A stretch of DNA of 64,000 nucleotides from a virus, in IMG/VR virus record IMGVR_UViG_3300029286_000018, positions 1 to 64,000 of that record. The stretch is one strand, 5' to 3'. The translations under genes were made by a program, and so were the position numbers. Under the pieces are notes generated by a model. It did not search any database. It was not told the DNA's origin and was given only the letters and a program-made list of their open reading frames with translations. This document shows, piece by piece, positions 46,119-56,580 of this stretch. Every line of letters starts with the position of its first letter. Within the stretch, counting starts at the first letter, position 1.

Positions 46119-47477
46119 ATGAAGATTGAAAATAGGACTGGACATTCTGTCAATATTTCAGATATAGAAAGAAATTTTGCTCCTAAAGAAGAAGTATCAT
46201 TTTATGAAATATCTAAACAAGAGCTTTTAAAAAGTATGTCTCTCCGAAATCTTATTAGGTCTTCTAGGTTCTATCCAATTGAAATTGATAATGAGTCATC
46301 ATTGGAAGTAAATTTAAAAAAAGAAAGCGACATTGTCTTATCTATGTCATCATCAGAAAAAGAGCAAAAAAATTCTGGAGTTATTTTAAGAGGTCAATTT
46401 TTGGATTATAGTGGTTATGCTAAAGTGAATCGCAATTTAGCAGCCGTTATTAAGAAAAATAAGATACCAATTTCTATTAATGCCGTTGATTCTGCACATC
46501 CTAGATTGATAGGGTCTGATTTGGTTCTTAGCTCAAGCTTTACGTATACTAATAGTTCATTTGGTGATGTTGTTATTGATAGTGTTGTCCCTTCGTTTGA
46601 CTCTGGTCGTGGTAGGAAGAAATCCATTCTTTACACAACAGTAGAGGCGTATACTGTGCCTGACAGCTTTTCTAAAATATTTGATCAATATGATGAAATA
46701 TGGACAACTTCTAATTTTTGTAAAACTGTTATTTCTGGCAAGACTAATAAGCCAGTGCATGTAGTTCCAGGAATCGTTGATTTTGAAAACTATACAGCTT
46801 CAGGTGAAAAATTTGACCTCCATGGCAAGGCAAAGTCATTTAAATTTATAAGTGTTTTTAATTGGAATCATCGTAAGGGTGCAGATGCACTTATTAGGGC
46901 ATATTGTCAGGCGTTTAGCGGAACTGATGATGTTTCTCTTATATTGGTCTGTAGGAAAAGGCGTGTTTCAGGTCCAGCTCGGGGGGTAAAGGACGAGGTT
47001 GAAAAAGAAATAGCAAATGTCAAAATGGCCAACCCTCCACACATTGTACGTTTAACAAAAGAGATTAATGAGATACAGTTGGCTTCTTTGTATCGTAGTT
47101 GTGATGCGTTTGTCTTGCCTACTCGTGGAGAGGGCTACGGCTTGCCTTATTTGGAAGCTGGCTTGTGTGGCATACCTGTAATTGGCACAAAAGTTTCTGC
47201 AGTTCAAGATATCTTATCAGAAGACACAAGTCTGCTTATTGATATAGATGGTTTTAGAAAAGTGCCAGAAAATGCCACTGGTTGTTATTTTTGGGATGGA
47301 CAGATGATGGCTGATTTAACTTCTAAAGATTTTATAAATAGGCTAGCAGAGGGCATGAGGGATATGGTTAATAATTATCACAAGTATGCCGAAAAAAATA
47401 AAGCATTTCAGAATTTTATTTACACAAAGTGTTCATCACATGCTGTATTTAATACCGTAAAGGACCTATTACCTTGA
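46119..47477 (+). CDS. GT-B glycosyltransferase (family 4-like) with N-terminal extension
   Basis: SGYA...R, DEIW.TS.F, RKG.D.LI.A...AF...DDV.L, AFVLPTRGEGYGLP.LEA (E-x7-E). Confidence 0.85.
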   Translation: MKIENRTGHSVNISDIERNFAPKEEVSFYEISKQELLKSMSLRNLIRSSRFYPIEIDNESSLEVNLKKESDIVLSMSSSEKEQKNSGVILRGQFLDYSGYAKVNRNLAAVIKKNKIPISINAVDSAHPRLIGSDLVLSSSFTYTNSSFGDVVIDSVVPSFDSGRGRKKSILYTTVEAYTVPDSFSKIFDQYDEIWTTSNFCKTVISGKTNKPVHVVPGIVDFENYTASGEKFDLHGKAKSFKFISVFNWNHRKGADALIRAYCQAFSGTDDVSLILVCRKRRVSGPARGVKDEVEKEIANVKMANPPHIVRLTKEINEIQLASLYRSCDAFVLPTRGEGYGLPYLEAGLCGIPVIGTKVSAVQDILSEDTSLLIDIDGFRKVPENATGCYFWDGQMMADLTSKDFINRLAEGMRDMVNNYHKYAEKNKAFQNFIYTKCSSHAVFNTVKDLLP

Positions 47478-48091
47478 TAGCTATAATTGATCATTCAGAA
47501 AATAAAGTTGTCATTATTGGCGACAAGTTATATCGTATTTCTTTTGACGAATTTAGTCGTGTTCAAAATTATTTAAATGAGTGTGGGTTAGTTATTATTA
47601 ATGGTGACAAAGCAAGTGGACAGCACTTTTCACATAAACCTCAACTATCATCTCAATCACTTGTATCACAAGTTAATGCTGCGCCATCTTCACGGACTGA
47701 ATCTATTAAAGAATATGTGGCATGTAAAAATGGGCAGTACCTTGTAGTGAATGGGCTAGAGCCTAAGCTTCAGTTCATGGGACTTGATGATTTTAAGACT
47801 ATTGATTACTTGAATACCACATATGGAAAAGTTCCTAGTCAAGTTAAAAGTCTTATAGATAGTGGCGTTCTTATTTTAATAGATGAATCAGAAAAGGTTA
47901 ATCGAATAAGTAAGATGAAAGAAAAGCAATCAGTGAAAGGCAAGCGAGTCCAGCAGTCTTCAAGCAAGTCTGTGAGGCTTGCAGAAACTTCTGGTCAAGA
48001 CGATATGTCTTCAGATGTTAGTGATGCTGATTATGCAGATCTTGATCCAGAAGATAGGGTTTTGAGAAATGCCGTAAAAATAGACTTATAA
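47474..48091 (+). CDS. Hypothetical protein
   Basis: TTG start overlapping the previous stop; intact ORF. Confidence 0.55.
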   Translation: MIAIIDHSENKVVIIGDKLYRISFDEFSRVQNYLNECGLVIINGDKASGQHFSHKPQLSSQSLVSQVNAAPSSRTESIKEYVACKNGQYLVVNGLEPKLQFMGLDDFKTIDYLNTTYGKVPSQVKSLIDSGVLILIDESEKVNRISKMKEKQSVKGKRVQQSSSKSVRLAETSGQDDMSSDVSDADYADLDPEDRVLRNAVKIDL

Positions 48092-48092
48092 T

Positions 48093-48806
48093 ATGAAAAA
48101 AATATTACTATCATTGCCCCAGACTGAGTGGTCTTGTTTTTTGGCTTCGCATACACAGGGAGTCATGCGTAAATTTGTTGATGGCCCTGTATCTTTTGAC
48201 TTGCTTGAAAAAAACGTCATGGATAGTTTGACCTTTCCACATGTCGTTGGAATTCATTCTTGTGTTGAAATGTGTAGTCTTAATCAACCTTACGATATGG
48301 TAGTAAATTTTGATACTGATCCCATGCTTGCGGAATATTTTAATAGCAAGTACGAAAATGTAGTGAATATGCAAGCTGCTATATACGGGAATGAAAATAA
48401 ATCTATTTGGTCGTCTATTTCTGATGCCTTTCAGGTTCAGTGTGAGTTTCCTATTTTTCAATTTTCTTTTTTGAATAAGACTCGCAATAATAGATCGGAA
48501 TCTGGCGTGGCTATTAAAAATGATAGTTTGCGCATGCATATTAAAAACGCATTTTTTGCAGACGACAACAGGCTTTGGCATATCCCTGTAAGAATAAATC
48601 TTATTAAAAGATATGATGAGTGCAACACTGCAAAAAATATCGTGACTGATGATATATTTTGTGCATTAAGTGCTTGTCATATGGGCAAGGATGTTATATT
48701 TTTAAAAACCAATAGCGCAGTCCCTAATATAGCTGTTGCAAATAAAATACATGTACAAAATGTTGATAATTTTATAAATGCAACTTATACTAAAAAAACT
48801 TCTTGA
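48093..48806 (+). CDS. Hypothetical protein, possibly degenerate GT9-like fold
   Basis: YD.VVN.D and IVTDD....LSA..MGK.V resemble eroded GT9 motifs. Confidence 0.45.
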   Translation: MKKILLSLPQTEWSCFLASHTQGVMRKFVDGPVSFDLLEKNVMDSLTFPHVVGIHSCVEMCSLNQPYDMVVNFDTDPMLAEYFNSKYENVVNMQAAIYGNENKSIWSSISDAFQVQCEFPIFQFSFLNKTRNNRSESGVAIKNDSLRMHIKNAFFADDNRLWHIPVRINLIKRYDECNTAKNIVTDDIFCALSACHMGKDVIFLKTNSAVPNIAVANKIHVQNVDNFINATYTKKTS

Positions 48807-49629
48807 TAAGAAAAAAGCAGTTAAGCAAATAAAAAGTGCTGTACATTATTTGCCAACTAATTTTGATTTTAATATACCAAATGTTAATCCAACAAATATA
48901 AAGATTGCAATTCTTGACACTGGAGTGCCTGGGCATACTGACATGGCCAATATTGGAAGCAAGACAGAAGTTACTTGTGTTGACTTACTTGCATCCAAGA
49001 CTAGCGTGTGGGACGAGCATGGTCACGCTACATTAGTGACTGGTATTTTGGCAAGTTCAAATCCAGGAGCAGTGATGGGTATGGCTCCATCTGCGCGTTA
49101 CTATTTCTGCAAAGTCATGGACGACTTTGGAGACGGCGATACAAATAACTTAACTGCTGGAATTATATGGGCACTTTCTCACAATGTAGATATTATTTTG
49201 ATATGCGCAGGCTCTCCTATCTATGATAGGTATCTTGAAAAGATGGTTAAAAAAGCTTTTGATTTAGGATGCATCATCATTGCTTCTTCCGGCAAAGAAG
49301 TAACACGTGGAAATAGAATTTTATATCCAGCAGCATTTGACGGAGTAGTGTGTTGTAGCTCTACAAAAGATAAAAAATGTGAATACGATAGTAAGAAAAA
49401 TAGACTGAATGTTGACATAGATGCATCGTCGGTGTGGTCAGTTTTTCCACCAGATATTTTTATGAAATCATCTGGCAGTAGCATGGCTGCGGCAATTATG
49501 TGTGGCTGTGCGATCAACTTTATTGGCGACTGTCGGATGAGGAATATTCCCATTAATGGTGTAGGAGAATTTATGGAAAATTTTGCGAAGACTTTCCGGG
49601 CAGAAGACAATGGCAGCAATAAGCTTTAA
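48778..49629 (+). CDS. Subtilisin-like S8 serine protease
   Basis: IAILDTG (Asp), HGHAT...GI (His), G.AP.A, YPAAF, SGSSMAA (Ser). Confidence 0.85.
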   Translation: MQLILKKLLDKKKAVKQIKSAVHYLPTNFDFNIPNVNPTNIKIAILDTGVPGHTDMANIGSKTEVTCVDLLASKTSVWDEHGHATLVTGILASSNPGAVMGMAPSARYYFCKVMDDFGDGDTNNLTAGIIWALSHNVDIILICAGSPIYDRYLEKMVKKAFDLGCIIIASSGKEVTRGNRILYPAAFDGVVCCSSTKDKKCEYDSKKNRLNVDIDASSVWSVFPPDIFMKSSGSSMAAAIMCGCAINFIGDCRMRNIPINGVGEFMENFAKTFRAEDNGSNKL

Positions 49630-50425
49630 TTTTACTACTCAGTACCCAGGCACATATTATGCCTTGGTTCATGACCAAAAGAATGCATTTTATAATAAAA
49701 CAACTAGACTAGTGTCAGTTGATATAACCATTTTAAATAATTTTGTTATTTCTCTTACAAAAGACAAATTAAACTCATATGTTGCTTCAATTGTATCTGA
49801 CAATCTTGAATCTGGTGTTTATACTTTTAGAATTTATAAGCAAAATGGATCTTCTCCTGATATTACAAAAGATGATTTAATATCAGTTGGCCAAACTGGG
49901 TGGAACAAAACTTTAAATATTCAAGAAAACCCCAATGACATCATAAGATCTATCCAAGCTTATGAAGATCGTCAAGACAGCATATGGAGAATAGACATTC
50001 TTCTTGATTCTGTCCAGCTTGGATTAAGAAATGGGGAAACTGGATTTGCTCGCTTAGATGTAGACCAGATATCCTCTAGTCTTAAAATAAAGGCATTTTG
50101 GAATTTGCAGGCAAACGTCTCTGCGACTTTTTTAAGTATTCGTGGCCCTGCTTCTCTTGGTCAGCGCACAAGTCAATTATTGAGTTGGCCGTTAAGGCAA
50201 GGCACTAAAGAGTTTACTATCACATCAAATTTACCATCTGACGTAAAACAGATGCTATTATCTAAAGCATTCTATGTAACTATAGAAACTGCAGGTTTTC
50301 CATTTGGTCGTGTGGGAGGATATCCAATCTACACTCCATCGTCTCCAGTTGGAGCAAGTGGCACGGTCTCTTTTTCTGTTCAGCCAGGAAATCTGTCTAC
50401 AGGAGTTTCGTTCAGGACTGTATAA
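49610..50425 (+). CDS. Hypothetical virion protein with CHRD-like C-terminal domain
   Basis: TG.A, IRGPA..G, YVTIET..FP.G...G resemble the CHRD motifs HIHGPA/YVNIHT..FP.GEIRG with the His residues lost. Confidence 0.5.
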   Translation: MAAISFNFTTQYPGTYYALVHDQKNAFYNKTTRLVSVDITILNNFVISLTKDKLNSYVASIVSDNLESGVYTFRIYKQNGSSPDITKDDLISVGQTGWNKTLNIQENPNDIIRSIQAYEDRQDSIWRIDILLDSVQLGLRNGETGFARLDVDQISSSLKIKAFWNLQANVSATFLSIRGPASLGQRTSQLLSWPLRQGTKEFTITSNLPSDVKQMLLSKAFYVTIETAGFPFGRVGGYPIYTPSSPVGASGTVSFSVQPGNLSTGVSFRTV

Positions 50426-50433
50426 AATATATT

Positions 50434-51444
50434 ATGACAAATTATGGACAAATCGCAGAACATATAGGCAATTTTTCACAAGCTACTGCCAACAATCTTT
50501 TTCTTAAATTAACAGACATTGATGGTGTAGCAAAGTCTGCTGAAGATGTTAAAATAACAATTTCTAAAGATGACGCATATGGAGATCCTGTTATTGACAT
50601 GGCGACTGCCTCTGCAGTACAACAGGGCTATTATTTTTACGATTGGGAAATAGCTCCAGATGCTACAGTTGGCTCTTACACCATCATATGGACATACACA
50701 CTAGACGGCGAGGAACAGAGTACTTTGCAGTCTGTTATTGTAAGTAAAGCTCCTGAATTAGAGAGTCCATATTGGGGCCCAGTTAACGATTTACGAATTG
50801 CGCTTGAATTTCATATTCGTCCAGCAATGAATATTCCAGTTTATTTTGAACAGGCAAAGCCAAGTCGTGATAAGAAGACTTATAGGTTTGGATTCCCTCG
50901 TTGGAACCAAAGTGCTGGCGTTAGAGTGTATAGAAATCAAGAAATTGTTGATTCTGGTGTGACTGTTAATTATTTTAAGGGCGAAGTTACTTTTGAAAGC
51001 CCACTATCTACATATGATGTAGTAAATTGTGACTATAATTTTAGATGGTTTGAAGACTCTCAGCTTTATAGATTCTTGCAATCTGGAGTTCAAAGATATA
51101 ATTCTTTTCCTGCTGTATCTTATTATGGGTTACATGCATTGCCAGAACGTGCTATAACGCCAGTTATTTATGCTGCAGTTACCGATGCGCTTCGAGAAAT
51201 GCTTATGTCTTTACAGTTCCAGGAGCCACAAATGGTATTTGGAAGTCCAGAGAGAGCTCAAAATGTGTTTAGTAATCTAGATAATTTGAAGAAAAATTAC
51301 GAAGAAAGTCTTAAGGGTCTGCTCGACGCCAAGAAAAATGGTCCTTACACTGGCCTTACAAAGGCTATCGTAGTTCCAGAATACACGCTACCTGGTGGAC
51401 GCAGCAGATGGTTCCGTTACTTATTCACAGGTTCAAATGTCTAA
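50434..51444 (+). CDS. Putative head-tail adaptor / neck protein
   Basis: Ig-like N-terminus (G.YFYDW......G.Y...W); helical C-terminus (WFED.QL..FL..G...YN..P); lies between head and tail genes. Confidence 0.55.
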   Translation: MTNYGQIAEHIGNFSQATANNLFLKLTDIDGVAKSAEDVKITISKDDAYGDPVIDMATASAVQQGYYFYDWEIAPDATVGSYTIIWTYTLDGEEQSTLQSVIVSKAPELESPYWGPVNDLRIALEFHIRPAMNIPVYFEQAKPSRDKKTYRFGFPRWNQSAGVRVYRNQEIVDSGVTVNYFKGEVTFESPLSTYDVVNCDYNFRWFEDSQLYRFLQSGVQRYNSFPAVSYYGLHALPERAITPVIYAAVTDALREMLMSLQFQEPQMVFGSPERAQNVFSNLDNLKKNYEESLKGLLDAKKNGPYTGLTKAIVVPEYTLPGGRSRWFRYLFTGSNV

Positions 51445-51730
51445 TATGGAAAATAAAAACAATCAAATAAGAAACGCTATTTTGGATAGCCGCGCTACTA
51501 TCTTTATACTTCCTAAACAAGAAATAAAAGATGCTATTATTAAATGCAGTGATCCAGACATCAATGCATTGTCTACAGAATTAAAAAGTATTTTTTTAGA
51601 AGGCAAAGGGCTTGCAGTAGAGAACAAAATGGTCGCAGATTATATTGAAGGTAAGCTTGATTCTAAAAATGCCAAAGTAATTTCAATGTGTGAGCTTAGG
51701 GTCGTAGAGGATACAGTCAAAATTAATTAA
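51437..51730 (+). CDS. Hypothetical protein
   Basis: ATG overlapping the previous stop. Confidence 0.5.
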   Translation: MSNMENKNNQIRNAILDSRATIFILPKQEIKDAIIKCSDPDINALSTELKSIFLEGKGLAVENKMVADYIEGKLDSKNAKVISMCELRVVEDTVKIN

Positions 51731-51740
51731 AACATACATC

Positions 51741-52151
51741 GTGATCACTGGCCGTACTGATCAACTTATATTTAAAGACTATGGTGAGTATTTTCACCAT
51801 ACAAGGCCGCTCAGTCTATATCAAAAAACTAAATTGTTCGAACACTTCCCACATGATCTTCGTTATTTTTTAGAATCTAGTTATGAAAGTGACGGATGGG
51901 ACGAAGTCGTAGAGTCTAACCTATTTGAGCAAAAACTTGAAGCCATTAAAAGACAATTCAACAAAAATTTGTTTCAAATGAGAGTTAAGCTAAATAATGG
52001 TTTTAGCATAAGAGTAAAAGAGATTTTTTGGAAATTTGTCCAGCAAGAGCTGTCTGACATTTCCGATTCTCGCAAAGAGCCACTTATCGGCGGGTTAAAC
52101 TATCGTTCTGATCCAAAAGATAAAAGGTGGATAATTATTAAAAAGAGGTAA
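51741..52151 (+). CDS. Hypothetical protein
   Basis: Intact ORF in operon. Confidence 0.55.
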   Translation: MITGRTDQLIFKDYGEYFHHTRPLSLYQKTKLFEHFPHDLRYFLESSYESDGWDEVVESNLFEQKLEAIKRQFNKNLFQMRVKLNNGFSIRVKEIFWKFVQQELSDISDSRKEPLIGGLNYRSDPKDKRWIIIKKR

Positions 52152-52155
52152 TTTT

Positions 52156-52869
52156 ATGAGTAAGACAACTAAGACTAAGAAAAAGGCTGTTCAGGAGATA
52201 AAGACGGGAGGCACTTACACCTACAGTGCGTTCAAGCCTCGTGACAATTTTCAAAAACTTGCAGTAGATACTGTTATGAATAACCCAGTATCTTTTATCT
52301 ATGGTGTTGCTGGCACTGGTAAGACGACAGTCGCGGTTGGCTGCGCCTTGCGCTTGCTGCTGACAGATCAAATTACTAACATTGTCGTTACTCGTCCATA
52401 TGTTACTGCTGGTGAAAAATTAGGGTATTTACCTGGTAATATTGAGGATAAATTTGATCCTTTTATCATGCCTATTAAGATGATTTTAGAAAAATTGGTT
52501 GGCAAGTCTACTGCTGGTCGCTATTTTGCGAGCAATAAGATCATGATGTTACCACTTGCATACATGCGTGGTCTGACTTTTGAAAAGTCTTTCGTTATTA
52601 TGGACGAGGCTCAAAACAGTACTTGCGAGCAAATGCACCTTATTCTAACAAGACTAGGAAAAGATAGCAAGCTTTGCATTACTGGAGATGAGTTCCAAAC
52701 AGACATTGATAAAAGTCATAAGAACGGCCTCACAGACGCCATTAGAAGGCTTGGTAACATAGAAGGCATTGGTTTGTTTGAATTCCCTCCAGAGAGCTGT
52801 CAGCGTCATGCCTTGGTTGCGCAGATCGATTCTCGCTACAAGGATGGGGTAAAGAATTTTAGGCAATAA
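52156..52869 (+). CDS. phoH: PhoH-like ATPase
   Basis: G.AGTGKT, TRP, LGYLPG...K, PLAYMRGLTF, DEAQN, LTRLG, TGD..Q.D, RH.LV. Confidence 0.93.
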   Translation: MSKTTKTKKKAVQEIKTGGTYTYSAFKPRDNFQKLAVDTVMNNPVSFIYGVAGTGKTTVAVGCALRLLLTDQITNIVVTRPYVTAGEKLGYLPGNIEDKFDPFIMPIKMILEKLVGKSTAGRYFASNKIMMLPLAYMRGLTFEKSFVIMDEAQNSTCEQMHLILTRLGKDSKLCITGDEFQTDIDKSHKNGLTDAIRRLGNIEGIGLFEFPPESCQRHALVAQIDSRYKDGVKNFRQ

Positions 52870-52951
52870 GGCTTATTGCTAAAATGTATTTATGGCAATG
52901 TCCTGGAGGGCATATGCTATAAATTTCGAAATATAATTGTTAGGAGATATT

Positions 52952-55882
52952 ATGAAAAATTTATTCCACATAAACAGTATTTATCATACAGCCGCTAAAA
53001 ATAGCAAGGGCTTAGGGTCTTCTGAAAAAGGCATTAATGTCAATGCCCTTAAACAAGAAGCTATTGCTATGATTAAACAACACCTAAATGAAAAAAAAAC
53101 TGTTAACTCTATTCAGGCTGATCCTCGATTTACGGCAATCCAAGAGTTATTGGCGATGGATGGATCTGACGATGCCAATGATGCTCTAGATACGATATTG
53201 ACCATGTTAACTTCACATTATGTGGACCCAACGAGTGAGCCGGTAGAAGACTGGAGGAAAGCTACTGAACTTAGTATTAACGTAAATAGTGATCCCTATA
53301 AACTTCTTACTAGATTAAATCAGGTTGCATCTGAAAAAATTTCTATAGTTATTAATGACTTTAGGAATTTTAACACTGCTCCATATGTAAACTGCGCTGA
53401 CCCAGGAACTCGTAATTGGGCGTTATCTTATGCTAATACTAAAGCGAGACATCAGGACGAGTATTATCAAGCGCTGGGTGACTTAGAAGGCCGAAAATTA
53501 TGGTTTGTTGCAGAAGACTTTTTTAGTGCTAATGCTCCTGTTGTGTATACGTATTACGCTCATGACCCATCAAAGCTTGCCGCTATAAATAACTATATGC
53601 TACAACGTTTTAATCTTTATGCAAATCGTAGCACATCATCAGGAGGTTACGATGCAGAAAAGTTGCGTAAATCTTTACAGGGCGCGGTAGATGGCCCTTT
53701 GAAGGCTGCTCCTTGGCATCTGAATAGGTATTTTGAAAATGGTAAGGAACATTTATTTGCTGAAAAATTACTTGCAGACTTTACTGAAAGATTAGCTCAA
53801 GAAGATCCTCAGGCAATGTGTGCCTTAATGGCTCGTATGCGAATTTACTTACACGGACATGAAGACGTGAAAAAATTATTTACTAAAGAACCTGAGTCAA
53901 CTGATGGAGGATTAGCTGATTTTGATGAAAAAGCGCGATTTAGAAAAGATGAAGCAAAAGAAAATCTATCTTTATCGGAATCTCTTCACGGCAGGGCTAC
54001 TAAAGAAGTCGCTAAAACAGGCATAGTGGTTGGCGACAATTTGCTATCTGATGGCCCTGATTCTATTTCATATGAGTTTAATAAAGTATTCACAGAATAT
54101 AATGAAGGCTTGCAAGGGATGCTTAATCTTACAAATCAGCAAGCGCATCCAATAAAATACGCACAGCTTGTTGCTCATAATGCAGATTTTCAAGATGCTG
54201 CTGCGCAGGCGCAAGAGAAAATAAATACTTGGAAATACAACTACAAGTATGAAAAAAATATGAGAACTCAAAACGGCCAGTATGATAATAGATGGCGTGC
54301 ATCTAATGTTGATATAATGTTCAATAGGGCCTTCTCGTCCGGATACATTGATGACCAGAATAGATTAAGATTTATGTTTAGTGGTAAAAATAAAATAGTC
54401 AACATAAAAATATATTTAAAGCCTAGTGCTAGTATTGTCAAGCATGACTCTAATGGCAGGGTTATTCGTAACACCAAACCAAGAACATGGACAGTAGATT
54501 TAATTGATGTAAGCTTTAGCTGGGCGTCACTTGATAAAAATGGGCTGACTGGCAATACTGCAACTGGCTTTTTAATTCGTGATGCGTCAAAGGGCGATAA
54601 TCAAATATCGGTAAATAATGCGTCCGTTTTTAAATCTAATGATCAAGTTTTTATTGCCTCTTCTCAATCTGTTGGAAGTGAAAATGTAGATGAGGCTGTT
54701 TATGAAGCTGATTTGGTTGTATCAAAAATTATTGATAACCAAAATATTTTGTTAAAATCTCCATTGCGTTTTAATTGGGATATGACTAGAAATCCATTTG
54801 TGCGCTTGAAGTCTGATAAATCGAAAAAAATTCCTGAATATATTTCTGAGGTAGGTGGTGATTGTTTGGAAGACGAGATTACTGTCTCTAAAAACATAAA
54901 AAATACTGCAAATCCTGCGGATTTTCCAAGTGGTCCATTTACCACTTTAAGTTCTTCTTATTTAGAGGATAAGGATAGGGAAGACATCTCATTAGCTGCT
55001 AGTATAGTTCGTGAAGAGCTAGCAGAAAATTTTCATTTATTGAAACCATTATCTGCTGGTTTCAAGCAAGGTTGGGGAGACAAAACTCCTGCAGATGGTA
55101 TGCGTAACCTGCAGAGAAATAATCCTGCAGAATACGCAAGCTATGTATCTTTGGTGAACGTAATAGTCGGGTACCTTAAGAGAAAACTAGTACATTTTCA
55201 AGAGAAGTCTGGGCTGACAGATGAGGCGATTGAATGCTATGTATCAATTGGAAATCCGTCTTTGCAAGCATCAATAAAAAAGCTTAATGACGCCATCGCC
55301 GATCCATCGAATGCAGATGATAAGAATAGACTCCAAGTTTCCTTAAAAGAGCTAACTATGGCAAAAGATCTATTTGATATAGTATTGATTGGTGGCAAAG
55401 ACTCTTCATTTAAAGGTAAGCCTGGTGCAATGGATATCATAAAATGGTTTGAAACAAGTGTAATAGCTTTGATAGAAAGTGACAAACTTGAAAAAATACT
55501 TAAAAATACTCAAAATAGACAATTATATGAAATGATTCAAAGGCAATCAGCTGTGATTATGAAAAAGGAGCTTGAAAAAATTGATGATTTTCATGTACTA
55601 GATTTTGCTGCAACGATAATGCGTGGATCAAATGCTTCTGCAGAAAAACAAGCTTGTAGAGTTGAAAGAAAAAACTTTGAGCCATACATGCTTAGATATC
55701 TTGAGTCAAACCCAAATGTTAAAATCTTGTACAATGCAATGTTTGGAGGATGCAAACCTGATGAGAATAAGCAAGCAGATTGCGAAGACTGTTATAAAAA
55801 GACATCTAGCTTGTCTTCTGGCATTTATGAAAGTATTGATCAGTGGTTAAGACATATTGCTAGAAAGACATACCTTGAATGA
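52952..55882 (+). CDS. Large hypothetical protein (~976 aa)
   Basis: AGGAG RBS; contains one copy of a beta module shared with neck proteins; ends WLRHIARK. Confidence 0.65.
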   Translation: MKNLFHINSIYHTAAKNSKGLGSSEKGINVNALKQEAIAMIKQHLNEKKTVNSIQADPRFTAIQELLAMDGSDDANDALDTILTMLTSHYVDPTSEPVEDWRKATELSINVNSDPYKLLTRLNQVASEKISIVINDFRNFNTAPYVNCADPGTRNWALSYANTKARHQDEYYQALGDLEGRKLWFVAEDFFSANAPVVYTYYAHDPSKLAAINNYMLQRFNLYANRSTSSGGYDAEKLRKSLQGAVDGPLKAAPWHLNRYFENGKEHLFAEKLLADFTERLAQEDPQAMCALMARMRIYLHGHEDVKKLFTKEPESTDGGLADFDEKARFRKDEAKENLSLSESLHGRATKEVAKTGIVVGDNLLSDGPDSISYEFNKVFTEYNEGLQGMLNLTNQQAHPIKYAQLVAHNADFQDAAAQAQEKINTWKYNYKYEKNMRTQNGQYDNRWRASNVDIMFNRAFSSGYIDDQNRLRFMFSGKNKIVNIKIYLKPSASIVKHDSNGRVIRNTKPRTWTVDLIDVSFSWASLDKNGLTGNTATGFLIRDASKGDNQISVNNASVFKSNDQVFIASSQSVGSENVDEAVYEADLVVSKIIDNQNILLKSPLRFNWDMTRNPFVRLKSDKSKKIPEYISEVGGDCLEDEITVSKNIKNTANPADFPSGPFTTLSSSYLEDKDREDISLAASIVREELAENFHLLKPLSAGFKQGWGDKTPADGMRNLQRNNPAEYASYVSLVNVIVGYLKRKLVHFQEKSGLTDEAIECYVSIGNPSLQASIKKLNDAIADPSNADDKNRLQVSLKELTMAKDLFDIVLIGGKDSSFKGKPGAMDIIKWFETSVIALIESDKLEKILKNTQNRQLYEMIQRQSAVIMKKELEKIDDFHVLDFAATIMRGSNASAEKQACRVERKNFEPYMLRYLESNPNVKILYNAMFGGCKPDENKQADCEDCYKKTSSLSSGIYESIDQWLRHIARKTYLE

Positions 55883-56069
55883 TAGTCAAATTAATTTATC
55901 TTGTGTGTGCGAGCATTGTTCAAAAACAGTGAGTGATAATATCAAGATAGAGCTTAATTTTGCAAGTAAGATTATTTACTGGTATTGCCCTGAGTGTAAG
56001 CAAATGAACGAAATAGATTTTAAGTCTCTTAAGGATTTAAAAGCACTTCCCAAGATGAGGTTAATGTAA
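55857..56069 (+). CDS. Small Zn-ribbon protein
   Basis: CEHC...CPEC; start uncertain. Confidence 0.6.
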   Translation: MLERHTLNDSQINLSCVCEHCSKTVSDNIKIELNFASKIIYWYCPECKQMNEIDFKSLKDLKALPKMRLM

Positions 56070-56572
56070 TGTACAGTATAGTAAACACTTCTGGAAGATA
56101 TTTGAGCATACAGGATTTAAGAATAATGCTTTCTCCAAGAGAGCGTATTGATTTAGATAATGTTTGTGAGAGAAGAGAGATTGAGAGTAGCGTTCATCTT
56201 AAATCTGCGCTTAAAAAAGGTTACATTAAGGTGGTGATTAAAGATCGCGAAGGCTTTGATCCTAACCAGTCAGTTAGCTCTCCTAGTGTGATCACAAAAG
56301 ATGACCTTGACAGAGTTAAGCAGGACATTGCTGGCATTATTAAAGAGGCTCTTTCTTCCATAAAAGTTGTTGGGTCTTCCAATGAGACAGTTCCTCAAGT
56401 AAACGTCAATGTTGGTGGGATAGAAATGTCAGATACTATTTTAGAAGCAATACATAAAAAAACAGTTGATAGGTTAATGATAAATTCTGAAAAAGCAGTT
56501 GAAGTAAAGCAATCAAAAACTAACAATGTTAATATGGATAAAAATCTCGACGAGCTTGAGGGCTTATTATAG
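56069..56572 (+). CDS. Hypothetical protein
   Basis: TAATG coupling; N-terminal module shared with the 46119 GT. Confidence 0.6.
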   Translation: MYSIVNTSGRYLSIQDLRIMLSPRERIDLDNVCERREIESSVHLKSALKKGYIKVVIKDREGFDPNQSVSSPSVITKDDLDRVKQDIAGIIKEALSSIKVVGSSNETVPQVNVNVGGIEMSDTILEAIHKKTVDRLMINSEKAVEVKQSKTNNVNMDKNLDELEGLL

Positions 56573-56580
56573 GAGTAGTT

